DNA of 61,506 nt, filler included, from Sphacelaria rigidula (Eukaryota): NCBI GenBank assembly GCA_964200075.2. It is 6 parts of 6 records of this genome, joined end to end, with 100 filler letters (N's around TTAATTAATTAA, not from the genome) between each part and the next. Parts side by side here need not be neighbours in the genome. Positions count along the whole stretch, not along the records: positions 10,270 to 20,438 come from CAXNAA020006996.1; positions 20,539 to 30,706 come from CAXNAA020006997.1; 4 more parts are not named here. One strand, 5' to 3'. Numbering within the stretch: position 1 is the first letter of the stretch; each line of letters starts with the position of its first letter. The position numbers were made by a program, and so were the translations under genes. The notes beneath the pieces are model-generated. The model did not search any database and was not told the origin of the DNA. It worked only from the letters and a program-made list of their open reading frames with translations. This document shows, in pieces, positions 10,270-21,200 of this stretch.

Positions 10270-12179
10270 AGATAAGGGGCTTCTAACAATTCTAACCTCA
10301 GAAATTATTTCTGTATCCCTACCGTAGCATCACTCAGATGTCGATATTTCTCATCGTATTTCACGGTTTTGACGATCCCTATGGCGGAGTAAAGTGTCTC
10401 CCGGTCGGCACATCCCGAACAAACGAGTGATGAAGCTCTTTCTCGTCAGAATGATCCAATCAATGAGGCTTCCGATAAGCAAGCGTCATCTTTGACTGTT
10501 TTTGTATAGAGAGGTGGTGAACCAAAAGTCAACGCCCAGAAAATCGGAGAATTGATCTGGTTTGCTCACAGCTAGGCGAAAAACATTGCCCAATTTAATG
10601 GACTGGGGTCCGAAAAATTAATTCACGGGAGGAAATCGCCCGTAGACGGGCTGAAATCCTCATATTTGTACAAATCGAGATTTGTTGCCATAAAAGTGGG
10701 TCTGATCATCTCTGCCCCGGTTCATTTTCGGCATAGGTTTTCGTCAAGTAAGTAGTTGTTTCGAAAGTTCAGAGACTGAAAAACGTATGCGTAACCCGGA
10801 TGGACTACCCCGCACCGCGGTCCACGGGTTGAAAAGTGATTCCAAGGTCGGCCGAGGCTTGAAGTCTTCACTGCATCAACTTCAAGTTGTTCCCCTTGTT
10901 TAGCTCATTTCTCATTTGAGGCGTGGAAATTGGCACATGTTATTTCCCCTTCCTTTTCATCTCTTATACTGTCCGACATCGGCGGTGAGAGAATATACTT
11001 CCTCTGTCTCTTAAGTCTGTGCAGTTAGACTGTGGACGTTTAACCGTTTGGGTATTTCAACGCTGACGATCATCCTACAGTTGGGTTCGTTAGAGAGATA
11101 ACGCGCATGCGAAGCTGACTAAAAAAAAACTTGTTTTCAATACTAGAATTATATGTGAAAATATACCCCATTTTGGCCCTTTTTGGTCCACTTATACCCC
11201 AATGTTGACCGATTGTTTTGGACGTTTCAATGTCGAGCACTACTAGCGATTACATGCTAAAAATTCGTTAGATGGGGCGTGCGTAGTAGGTTAACGTCAC
11301 GGAGATATCCAAATCAGTGGTGCTTTTGCGGTTTTCGCATTTTTTCTACGATTTTTCGCGATTCCCGGGGGTCTCCCATGCTTTACTGGGAAAAGAGCGA
11401 AAAATGGCCATAATATTTTGGCCGATCTATTTTTTCTCGGTCGCGAGGCTGCACGGGTCAAGCACCCGTGTTGTAAAATGAGTATTGGTTTTAGCTAAAA
11501 ACATGTCAACGAATGTAACCAGAAAATCGAAAATTAAGTCCGCCATCGTGAAGGGCTCGTACAAATTCAAGTGCACGGACTTATGAGACAGAGGATGTAT
11601 GTTTTTTGTCCTGTAGTTGGCTGCTCATCTTATTTCTCACATACGGTTGCCGCGCAGTTTTTCACGTTCGCTGTCTTCTCCATTTATTTAGTGTATTCCA
11701 GTGTCTGCTCGATCTATTTGTATCTGCCATCCTTCTGGTGTTTCTGATACCCCCACGAAATCATCTGCAAAACATCTATCCCGATACCGTATCTTCCCCC
11801 ACCTCAACTCGTTGCTGTGCTGCTTCCGTTGCCTTCATTACCCTGTCATCAATAAACCCCTTCGATGATTTATCTATACTCACCGTCGGCAACTACACGG
11901 GTTGACTACTTCATACTGGACGAGACTCCTTTTTTTCTTCGGCGGGTCGGTGGGCCGTGATATGAATCCGGGACGTCGTGGTCGTGAAGCGTACGTTTTG
12001 CAGAAAGTTATCTCATGCTGTTGCCAATATGCAAAAAAAAAGGGGGGAGGGGGGTTCGTTACTCCAGGGGAACTTGGATTACTTAGTTTCCACACGCCGT
12101 ATGTTCTCCAGGTCTTCGCCTGGTGGAAACTTGAGAAACGACTTCGTGTCTCAGGTCTGTTCACGCGAAAGGTGATGTA

Positions 12180-12480
12180 AGTAATAACGTTTTCGTGAGG
12201 TTGAATAGATTGCTGATTGAGGTCGGGTTTGATCATTCCCTTCAACTTGGCCATTTTTCTATTCCGTGTGTGCTATTGTTCGCCTGCATCACTGGCATGC
12301 ACCTACAGCTACACGTCGACATACTACTCGGGGATATCAAGGGCTTCAGTGGCAAGCTACTCCAGAAAGCATATCGGACCTCGTGGAGGGAAACTTCGGA
12401 ACTCAAACGATTCATTCACTGATTGACCGCTTTTCACTCTTGATCGTAGTATCCTCTACTTTTAATCTCACGAAAACAGT
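12180..12480 (+). repeat. Dispersed repeat, second copy at ~54710-55010
   Basis: Shared blocks gggtttgatcattc(c/g)cttcaac, gggcttcagt(g/a)gcaagcta, ttcggaact, attgaccgctt. Confidence 0.75.
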
Positions 12481-13179
12481 GTCCAAGTATGATTGCCTAG
12501 CTGGTGCAGTAGTTGCTCCATCACATAATTTTTTTCATCATGGATTGTAAAGCGATACCCTAATTCGCCGGATGTGGTCGGATTGACACACGGCGTAGGA
12601 TGCTGGCCCCACGAGTGAGGGATTATTCTCCGTTTGTTTGCGGGATGCAGTACGGGAATATACTTTGTAAAGCTCAAAACCTGGAGGAAACTAGCAAAAA
12701 TGATCCTCGGTCCAAAACTGGGGACAACGGAGGAGAGTTTCGGAAAACGCTTTTTTCTCATTTCAGAGTGCAAATATCTCAAGAGCAGCGTGCAGAATAA
12801 TAAAAAAACAACTCATCAACAAAAAAAGTCAAGGGGATACCACATTTGATGGAGAGGGAAATAATTTTTCGTTACACTCCGATCCTGATACATTTGCACT
12901 CTGAAATGACAAAAAATGTTTTCCCGAAACTCTCTAATAATGTCCATCCTTATGAACACGCATCTCAGTTTTTACGAAAGTGGGCTACAGGCACAACGAC
13001 CATGTTTTCCGTATATTTCCACTCTCGAGGTCCTTCTTTCCGGGCTCTCGCCCTGGATACCTCCATCCATTACGACTACACACGAGTCAAACAGCTCAGC
13101 CCGCAATTGATTCAACAAACTTCCCCAATCCCGCATCAACGACCCAACACCGTCCCGTGCGGAGGTACTGTAGCTCAGT

Positions 13180-13510
13180 CGATTTCCTATTGAAACACGA
13201 TACATCGACAAGCAGACGAATGTCTTCGTGAAGTCAGGACTGCGTACACAGCGTTCCACGATTCGGGCGAATCACTGCCGGTTCGAATAACCAAATCCAC
13301 GATTTCTTGGGCATAATTGCTCGAAAGAGAGAAAACAAAAAAGTCTCCACGCAACTTTCGCGCCATTCGACGTACCTGGCCTGCGCGTACCTGGCTTGCA
13401 ACATTGAAAACAATGGAGCGTAGCAAGGATTGACTCGCACGGTACAAATTACACTGAAATCAAGTAGTTTCCAGACAAATCATCAACTCGTCCCGACCCT
13501 TGTAACGTTC
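13180..13510 (+). repeat. Dispersed repeat, further copies at ~49140-49435 and (partial) ~10040-10140
   Basis: Shared ttccacg(a/g)tt...caaatccacgatt...tgcgcgtacctg...ttgcaac...aaggattga. Confidence 0.7.
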
Positions 13511-13929
13511 ACACGCAACTTCATACTTGACCGATTCCTGACTCTTCAGGTTGGCTCGTTCCTGACTCTCACTACACCCACACACACATTCATATTCACA
13601 TCAATTTTGTTCGGTGTCTTTTGTCCACCTACTGCATGGGTCCACACAAGAGTATCTCTCCATTTGCCACGCTGCCCCATGATCAATAGAACCTTCTTTT
13701 CCGTGTTTCTACATGCCTACTACCCAATTCGGCATTTCACATTTTGCAGTACGCTCCCACCACAAGAAGAACATTTCACCGTACAAGGCAGTACTCGTAA
13801 AAACCACATCACCGAACAAACACACAAAAGATGAGGGCGGCGACTCAACACCAAAAATACATGAATAAAAAAAAAAAATCGCCACACCCTGCAACATTAC
13901 GATCACAGCAACGCAAAATTGTGTTCCAC

Positions 13930-14345
13930 TTGATTTTTTAGCTCAGATAAGCCTAACCCATACAACGAACAAACTGGAACTCCGGCATAAACAACATCTG
14001 AGCCGTTTCTCCCTCAAACCTACACACCACGGAGCCTGTACATATTAGTTAGTCAACACCCTTCATCCGATTTTTTCAGCTCAAATAGACCGCATCCACG
14101 CAGCGACCCAGGTGGGACTCCAGTACATCCCACATCTGAGCATTGTTTTCCTCATACCCGCCGAATCTCAGCCTCTGTACATGATCTCGAACTCTGTACA
14201 TGATATTCGACACGCTCGATATGATTGTTCACCCTCAAATAGACCGCATCCACACGACGGCCAAAATTGAACTATAGTACATCCCAATCTGAGCTTTGGT
14301 TTCTTTAAACCTGCTGTATTCGGGACTCCGTAAAATGATATTAAA
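13930..14345. repeat. Three degenerate ~140-bp tandem units downstream of the WW-domain gene
   Basis: Recurring gattttt..ctca(a/g)ata..c(c/g)catcca...catctgagc...ctcaaacc at ~13932, ~14069 and ~14223. Confidence 0.65.
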
Positions 14346-14463
14346 CACTCTAGTAAAGGACAAATACATCAGTCACACAACAAGATAAGAAACATACTCT
14401 TGAAACATGACAGCAGAGTGTGCATGGGCACGACTCACACCACACACACAGAAGGTGCTATGC

Positions 14464-15606
14464 CTACTCCAAGGGGTCATCGTACACAACCTTGCGTGTC
14501 TCCTTGTGAATCCACGCCATCTTCCCGCCTCCGATGTACCGCTCCTCCCATACAGACGCAGGCCACGACACATTACCCCTACTCTTCTTCTTGGCGCCAC
14601 CCACCCAAACATTCCTGGTCGATGAAGGTGGTAAATTTGGAGGAAATACCGACAGGTGTTGTTGCGGCGGTGGCACAAAGATGATCCCCCTAGCCCCATC
14701 CCCTCCTGCCTTGCTATGCTGTGTAGGCGATACATTTGCGGGCACCATCACTAGCTGCTGTGTCTGCGGCGCGGATGCGGTCCTGTCAGCCCCTTCCCCC
14801 CCGGCCTCGCTAGCCGATATAGACGACACATTTGCAGGCAACACCACTAGCTGCTGTTGTGGTGGCCCATAGGTGGTGCTCCCAGTCCCTTCCTCCCCAT
14901 CGTTGCTGTGTTGTGTAGGAGGTAAGTTTGCGGTCACCACCGCTGGTTCCTGCTGCAGCGGTACAGAGGTGATCCTGTCAGTCTCTTCCTCCTCGTCCTC
15001 GCTAGCCGATGTAGACGGTACGGTTACAGGGACCATCAATAGCCGATGTTTTGACGACGCAGAGGTGGTCTTGTCGTCGCCATCTTTCTCAACCTTGCTA
15101 GCCGATGTAGGCGATATAACTGCGGGCAACATCCTCGGCTGCTGTTGCGGCGGTGCAGAGGTGGTTTTCCGAGATCCCTTTCCCCCAGCCTTCCTAGCTG
15201 GCGCAAACGACAAACTAGGGGGCAACGTTAGCTCCCGTTGAGGCGGCGCAGCGTTGGTTTTCTGAGCTCGCTTTCCCTTACCTTTGCTAGCCGATGTACG
15301 CGAGGCCTTTGTGGACAACATCACTAGATCATGTTGCGGCAAAGCAGAGGTGGTTCTCAAAGCTCCTTTTTCTTCTGCCATGCTAGCCGATGTAGGAAAT
15401 CCATTCGTCGGCATCATCACCAGCTGCTGTGGCGGCGGCGCGAAAGTGGTTCCTTGATCTCCTTCTCCCTCGGCCTCGCCAGCCGGTGTAGGAAATAAAT
15501 TTGCAGGCATCATCATCAGCTGTGGCGGTTGCGTAGAAGTGGTGTGCGGAGACGCGACCAATGTAACATCGTTCAGTTGTTGGGGTACTTGGTGCATGGG
15601 CGCCAT
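14464..15606 (-). CDS. 380-aa protein with about ten 31-32-aa tandem repeats and a C-terminal atypical WW domain
   Basis: ATG-to-stop ORF. Repeat consensus approximately TTSAPPQQQLVMxPANxxPTSASxAxxEGxxR (96 nt). C-terminus WPASVWEERYIGGGKMAWIHKETRKVVYDDP aligns with the WW consensus. Confidence 0.8.
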   Translation of the reverse strand: MAPMHQVPQQLNDVTLVASPHTTSTQPPQLMMMPANLFPTPAGEAEGEGDQGTTFAPPPQQLVMMPTNGFPTSASMAEEKGALRTTSALPQHDLVMLSTKASRTSASKGKGKRAQKTNAAPPQRELTLPPSLSFAPARKAGGKGSRKTTSAPPQQQPRMLPAVISPTSASKVEKDGDDKTTSASSKHRLLMVPVTVPSTSASEDEEEETDRITSVPLQQEPAVVTANLPPTQHSNDGEEGTGSTTYGPPQQQLVVLPANVSSISASEAGGEGADRTASAPQTQQLVMVPANVSPTQHSKAGGDGARGIIFVPPPQQHLSVFPPNLPPSSTRNVWVGGAKKKSRGNVSWPASVWEERYIGGGKMAWIHKETRKVVYDDPLE

Positions 15607-17499
15607 TGCCGGTATGGGTGATTGTACGACGTCGTTTCCCGGGTATGCCCACTGGCCGGAGGTAGTGTTGAACCTTACGGTGGCGGAGCATGTGCCGAGG
15701 TTTGCAAACGGAGATGGGGAACGAATTCAGACTTTGGTCTAGGCACGCAGGCGGTGATGGAATGAGAAAAGGTTTGGCGTCAGCTCGTCGCATTCCGAAA
15801 AGCACAGAACGCATGGGCAAACAAACGTTATCTATACAGCAAGGGTGTTCGCAGTTAGGTAGAACAGACGAGTTCACTCCACGGGTTTTCGAAGGGCATG
15901 GAACAGTAGGAACAATCTATAAATATATATATTTTCCCGTCAAGAATCGGGTTGCTTGGTATTCATGCGACATAGCTAAAATAGTGGAGGAGAGAGCTGC
16001 ACCATAAACAGCGTGCTGCAGTGCGACGTGAGGGGTGCGCTGCAAGTCGCTCATGATTCCACGGCGGTGGACTCTCTGTAAACCACGATGATCGTATAGA
16101 GGCTCAAATAATAAATGTTGTATCTAACGCATATTATCACCAGCTGAAACTACTCGGGGCCGCTGTGTTGTGCCGCACAACAGTGAAGCAGCGCGTTTTT
16201 TTCGGCTTGCGTCTAAATCGGTTCGAAGACATGGAGACAGTTGCCATCACACGAAAAAATGTCAGCCATGTGATCCATACGAGTATTGTACAGAGCAAGT
16301 GGCCTGTGCCTCGTTGGAGCAGCGTGTAGCTGGGCTCTGGTGGGCGTCTATGGGCAGGTGCAGTGAACACTCTGCACGCGCGCGCGCGGGGAGGGGTTCA
16401 ATGCTCTCCCTACACCTCTCGTCACGAATAGGCAATATTGAGAACTGTGCGCATGTATGTATATTGGATAATGTAGCTGTAGTCTATAACGGGACAAGAA
16501 AATAATATCTACAGCAGCACCTGTTTTTTTCACGAATGCATGAATTTCTCAAAGTCGAGCGAGCGCAGACACTCTTCATCATGGGCCGACGTTCCATATT
16601 TGTATATATGTATGCAGGAAGAAACAACGACAACTCACCACAGATCGCGTCCTTGCGAATCACTGCGAAGAACCCAACAACCACCGACCACTGGCGGTGC
16701 GCCGACCAGAACTTGATTCGTCAAAGAAACTGTGTGATCACGTAGAAGCGGTTGGGGGACGGTGCGGATTTTCAACGTTAGTAAGGTTGTGTCTCTGCGC
16801 ACACACACGAAAATATGAGGTCAAGATCGAAATCGAAATCCGATTCGATTTCTTTTTTCAGGTCGGCGTTCAGCATCGGCACGTAGCGTAAACACTTCGG
16901 GGCTGTACGAGAGTTTGACAGATAGCGAACGCCACAAACACCGAAGACGAAGCATAGTCAATCTAAGGGGTTCACACGGTGGCTAAGAGAGTTACACCGA
17001 GGGCCAGGAAGAGCTCGATAGCCCTCACGATAGTTCTTACTCGGCCGTACACTGTGTTCTCATTGCTCTAGCTCCGATCCGCCAAGGAAGGAATGTTCTA
17101 ATGAGTGGTTTGGCAAATTCGCACAAACCCAACTTGGGTGCGAAAACCGACTCTCTGACCCGGGAACATGTCAGAAGAGCACTGTAGACATATATTGTTC
17201 TTGCTGACGTGATACGGAGCCGAACGCATTCGTTCGAAGCACCCTGCGGAAGGTCAGGCTCTCTGAATGTGTGCACTCTTTGTTGCGAACACGGGATTTC
17301 ACTTTTTGCGGACGGACTTATTTAGAGGATGAGGGGGGTTACACAGGACGGCCGGGAGCGCATCTGCATTCCCAACCTCTCCGGTAATCATGGCGTTGGT
17401 CAGCTAAATGATTCCGTGCGGTTGGGAGAACCTCAACTCCGTGCAAAGGGGAGATGATCATATACGGCGTACTGATTGAATGGTGATACACCCCATGAG

Positions 17500-17790
17500 G
17501 CAGTGTGTAACCCATGGCTGCCACCGTAAGTGGCGATACCAGACAGTGAAGCAACTCATTGGAGGCTGACATCCATGTGCAAGATACCGAATGCGCTTCG
17601 GGCCGAAATTTTTCGCAGGATGAAGCTCACCCCTAATGTGACTCGCCGGATACATCCCGGCACTTCGCGCTTGGTGAATGCTTGCGAGCCAAATTTGGCG
17701 AGAACTCCCCGTGCTCCGTGTCGGCTTTGTAAATACGCGAGGTCAATGGTCGTATGACTACCGCACGTAAGTCCATGAGTACACCCCCAC
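17500..17790 (+). mobile_element. 3' fragment of retroelement family A
   Basis: Homologous to 32655-32955 and 6340-6620; ends gaggtcaatggtcgtatgacta...catgagtacaccccc. Confidence 0.75.
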
Positions 17791-20438
17791 TCCAAAAAAA
17801 AGTTATGGAAGAACATCGGAAAAAAAAATCTTACTATTGTTGGATTTCTTTTTTGTATCTTCCACTTTTGGGGCATTCGACACGGTTTTTGGCCCCCAGC
17901 GACTGTCGTTATTACGCGTCTTGGAAACCGAGAGTCTTACCCACTTTTCCGACTCGCTTCACTCCAAGGTTTCAAGAATATGGGCCTCTGGACGAAAATA
18001 TGGCTGGCAAAAAAATGGGTTGTCTGCTGTTGCTTCCACGAGTGATGGTATTCCCAGTTTGGAAGCCCAAAACCGTGTCAAATGTCAAATGTCCCAGAAG
18101 TGGAAAATGCCCCCCCCCTGAAATACCAAGTGTAAGGAAAAAAACGGTCTCATCCTCACGAAAAAATCTGCAATTTGTAAGTCCCCTCTTCGTACATGTA
18201 TATGCGCGATGCCCCATGTCCTGGAATGTCGAATGTCGAACGTTAACCCCTACACCGCGAGGGTAGTCCATCTGGATTCTTAGTACGTTGTTCGAGTGAA
18301 ATTGATGCCGATTCAAGAGACGACCTACGCTCGCCGTCGAAGGGTTAGGCACACGTTTGCATTTGGGTGGCATCTCAGAACCTTCTGACAAGCACGAAGG
18401 ACCGTACGAGCTCTCCACGCCGCCTTGCGAGAAAATGCTCCACATAGTACAACAGTAGTTTTTCGATCTCGGAGGTGCTTTAATTACTGTAGGGGATCCG
18501 GGGAATCGAAAGCTGCTGGGTTGTCGTGAAGAGCTGCATCTCAGCCGCACGGCACCGAACTTGCTTTCGATTTTCGATTTTCGGTTTTCGATTTTCGTTG
18601 TGTATTTTTCGTAAAATACTACTGTTGTCTGCAGCGTGCGGATTGCTATGGTCGCAACACCCCTGATGTAACTTCAAGATCGCAAACTGCAATGTGAGTC
18701 ATGCACGCCCAGCACTAAATGATTTGATCTTCACATGGTCCAGGAGAGGCAAACCACACGAATGTCGCACGCAAAAAAGCCGACGCTTGTCTGTAGCATA
18801 TCTAGGCTTCGTCAAAGACAGTGCAAAAGCGAGGCGTCTTACACGCTCATCATTTTTGCTAATCAAGCCATAGATCTGATTACACATGTGGGGGTACACA
18901 CCATAGCACACAGGCAGTGACACAGGCTGCTGCTGTATGTATTTTGGCTGACTAGTCGTACTGTTGTTGTGGTGAATGTGCCGAAATCTAATTTGATCAT
19001 AAGTTGTGCCGCGGAATAGCACGCAAGGGCAGGAATCAGTAGTACGCTGCGGGCGCATGGGTAGATGGAACGCAACGACAGCCACACTAAGGACAAGGAG
19101 TGCATGACTGAAACTACCAGTCGATAGTCATCATACCTGTGGGGTTAGATTCGGTGGTGCTGTTTGGCGCTGACGCCAGCGTCAGTCTTGGGCTTCGCAT
19201 GAGACCGTTGGAGGGAAATGACCAATTCACCATGATTAGTATGTACTTCTATATTTGCTTCGTTAATTCCCTGGCTGCTGTACACCTCTGTCGGGCTTGC
19301 TTTGATGCGGCTTTCGCGTATATACACCAGAAGGCATGTGTGCGTGTAGCGGCTGGGGCTGCGGCAGATAGTAGCGTGCACATATATGTGGGCGGGGGAT
19401 GTTCTGTGGCCGATCTAGCTCACAACAACTCGAATTCTTAGTTCAGGGACACATGTACGGAGGCATAATGTGTTTTCGAACCAAAATGTGGTTCGCAAAT
19501 TAGGTCCGCTTCACATAATAGCTGTCGTTGGTGAGAACCTGGAACTCGGCCACGTCGAATATACTGGTACACCGTCCCACATTATTCGTTCCCCGTAGGA
19601 CATTGAGGTGGCAAGCGGCAGGTGTACGACTCCCCCTACACACCAGCCATATGGCCTTCGTGCCCCAGAACTTGATCTCGAGCGGAATCGACTTTCGTTC
19701 GCCCCAAATCGCGCGGGGTCATTTGCGAGGTCCGACTATACACGTACGGACAAACAGCGGATACGTGAGCGCTGGCTTGGGCGGCAGTGTTGATTGGCCA
19801 AAGCAAGGGTATCGAAAACAAAAATGCCCTAGATCACCGTCACCCTCCCCCCGTCACCCCCTTCCATCCCCCTGACAGGTCAATAAGGGTATGCAAAACA
19901 ATCGGCCGGAACCCTCACCCCCTCGCAACCCCTACCACCCCTTCCCCCCCCCCCTGACGGGCGGAAAAAAGTGATCGTTAGTCGCCTCTTTGTGATGGAC
20001 GAAATTGACGACTTGACGGCTTATTATTTTGGTTGTTTCATCTATCATCATGGCAAAATGCAATAACGCATTGTCATACATTCATAACTAGTTTCATTAC
20101 ATTACTGACGATACCCGGATAATAGCGACGCATACCTGAAGTGTAATTGCCTGTTGCTCGCCAATGTCAGGCCGGAATAAAATGCATGAACTACTCGTAC
20201 GAATATTAGATATTTTATACTACAGAGCCGGCCCGCACTTAAAAATATGACAGTTAAGAATTTGAGGTTAAAAAAATCAAAACTTGAGAATTTGCCCCTG
20301 AGAACACGTGTTCAGATCGAACATGCTGTTAACCCTTTTGGAACCCTCCCCTCCTTTTCCCTGGCCAAACGCCTTATTATGAGAAGCCCTGACGAAGGGG
20401 AAAACATGGAAACAGAATAGGCCGACGGCAACCATTTT

Positions 20439-20538
20439 NNNNNNNNNNNNNNNNNNNNNNNNNNNNNNNNNNNNNNNNNNNNTTAATTAATTAANNNNNN
20501 NNNNNNNNNNNNNNNNNNNNNNNNNNNNNNNNNNNNNN
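20439..20538. other. Artificial contig spacer
   Basis: N44-TTAATTAATTAA-N44. Confidence 0.98.
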
Positions 20539-20623
20539 CGTGCTCCGTCCCGGCATTGTAGGGATGCGAGGTCAATGGTCTGATGACTATGGCATGCATG
20601 ATCATGATCATGAGTACACCCCC
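20539..20623 (+). mobile_element. 3' terminus of retroelement family A at a contig start
   Basis: cgtgctccgtcccggcattgtagggatgcgaggtcaatggtctgatgactatggcatgcatgatcatg...agtacaccccc. Confidence 0.8.
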
Positions 20624-20754
20624 TTGAAAATATATCTGGAACGGTGAGATAGGGTCACCATTTGTAATTGTATTTTCCTAGCGGTGATTTTTTCCCTTAC
20701 TTTTTTGCAGAATACAAGGGGAAAATGCGAACCGTGCAAAACGGTCCGAGTCAT

Positions 20755-21010
20755 AGATGCATGTTTCCTAACTTCCGCTCATGAAGCATGAATCATGAGT
20801 GCACGTTTCCCACCTTCCAGTCATACGAGGTGAATCAAGCGTACATGTTTACCAATTTCGATCCATGCAGCATCTATCATGCGCACATGTTCCCACCTTC
20901 GATTCATACGAGACGAATCAAGTGTACATGTTTCTCATCAATGAAACATACAGGAATTGTGATTCACATGTATTTTTGCGCCCTTGATTCATCTGACACT
21001 ACTTGAAGCG
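20755..21010. repeat. Degenerate ~42-bp minisatellite; related units at ~59320-59600
   Basis: Units like gtacatgtttcccaccttcgattcatacgagacgaatcaa start at ~20757, 20799, 20840, 20882 and 20923. Confidence 0.7.
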
Positions 21011-21200
21011 TACATATTCCCAGAGCGTGATTCGTGCGGTAAGACCTTCAACATACAACTGACCCGTCCGCGACTCCTACCGGATGACTCGTTGGTACAT
21101 GATTTGCATGCAACATTCATGGGATGTCAACCCGTACGAACTTTGATTCGCCCGAACCATGCAACTGTTTATTCGGTAAACCTCCAACTTTTTTTTTTCC

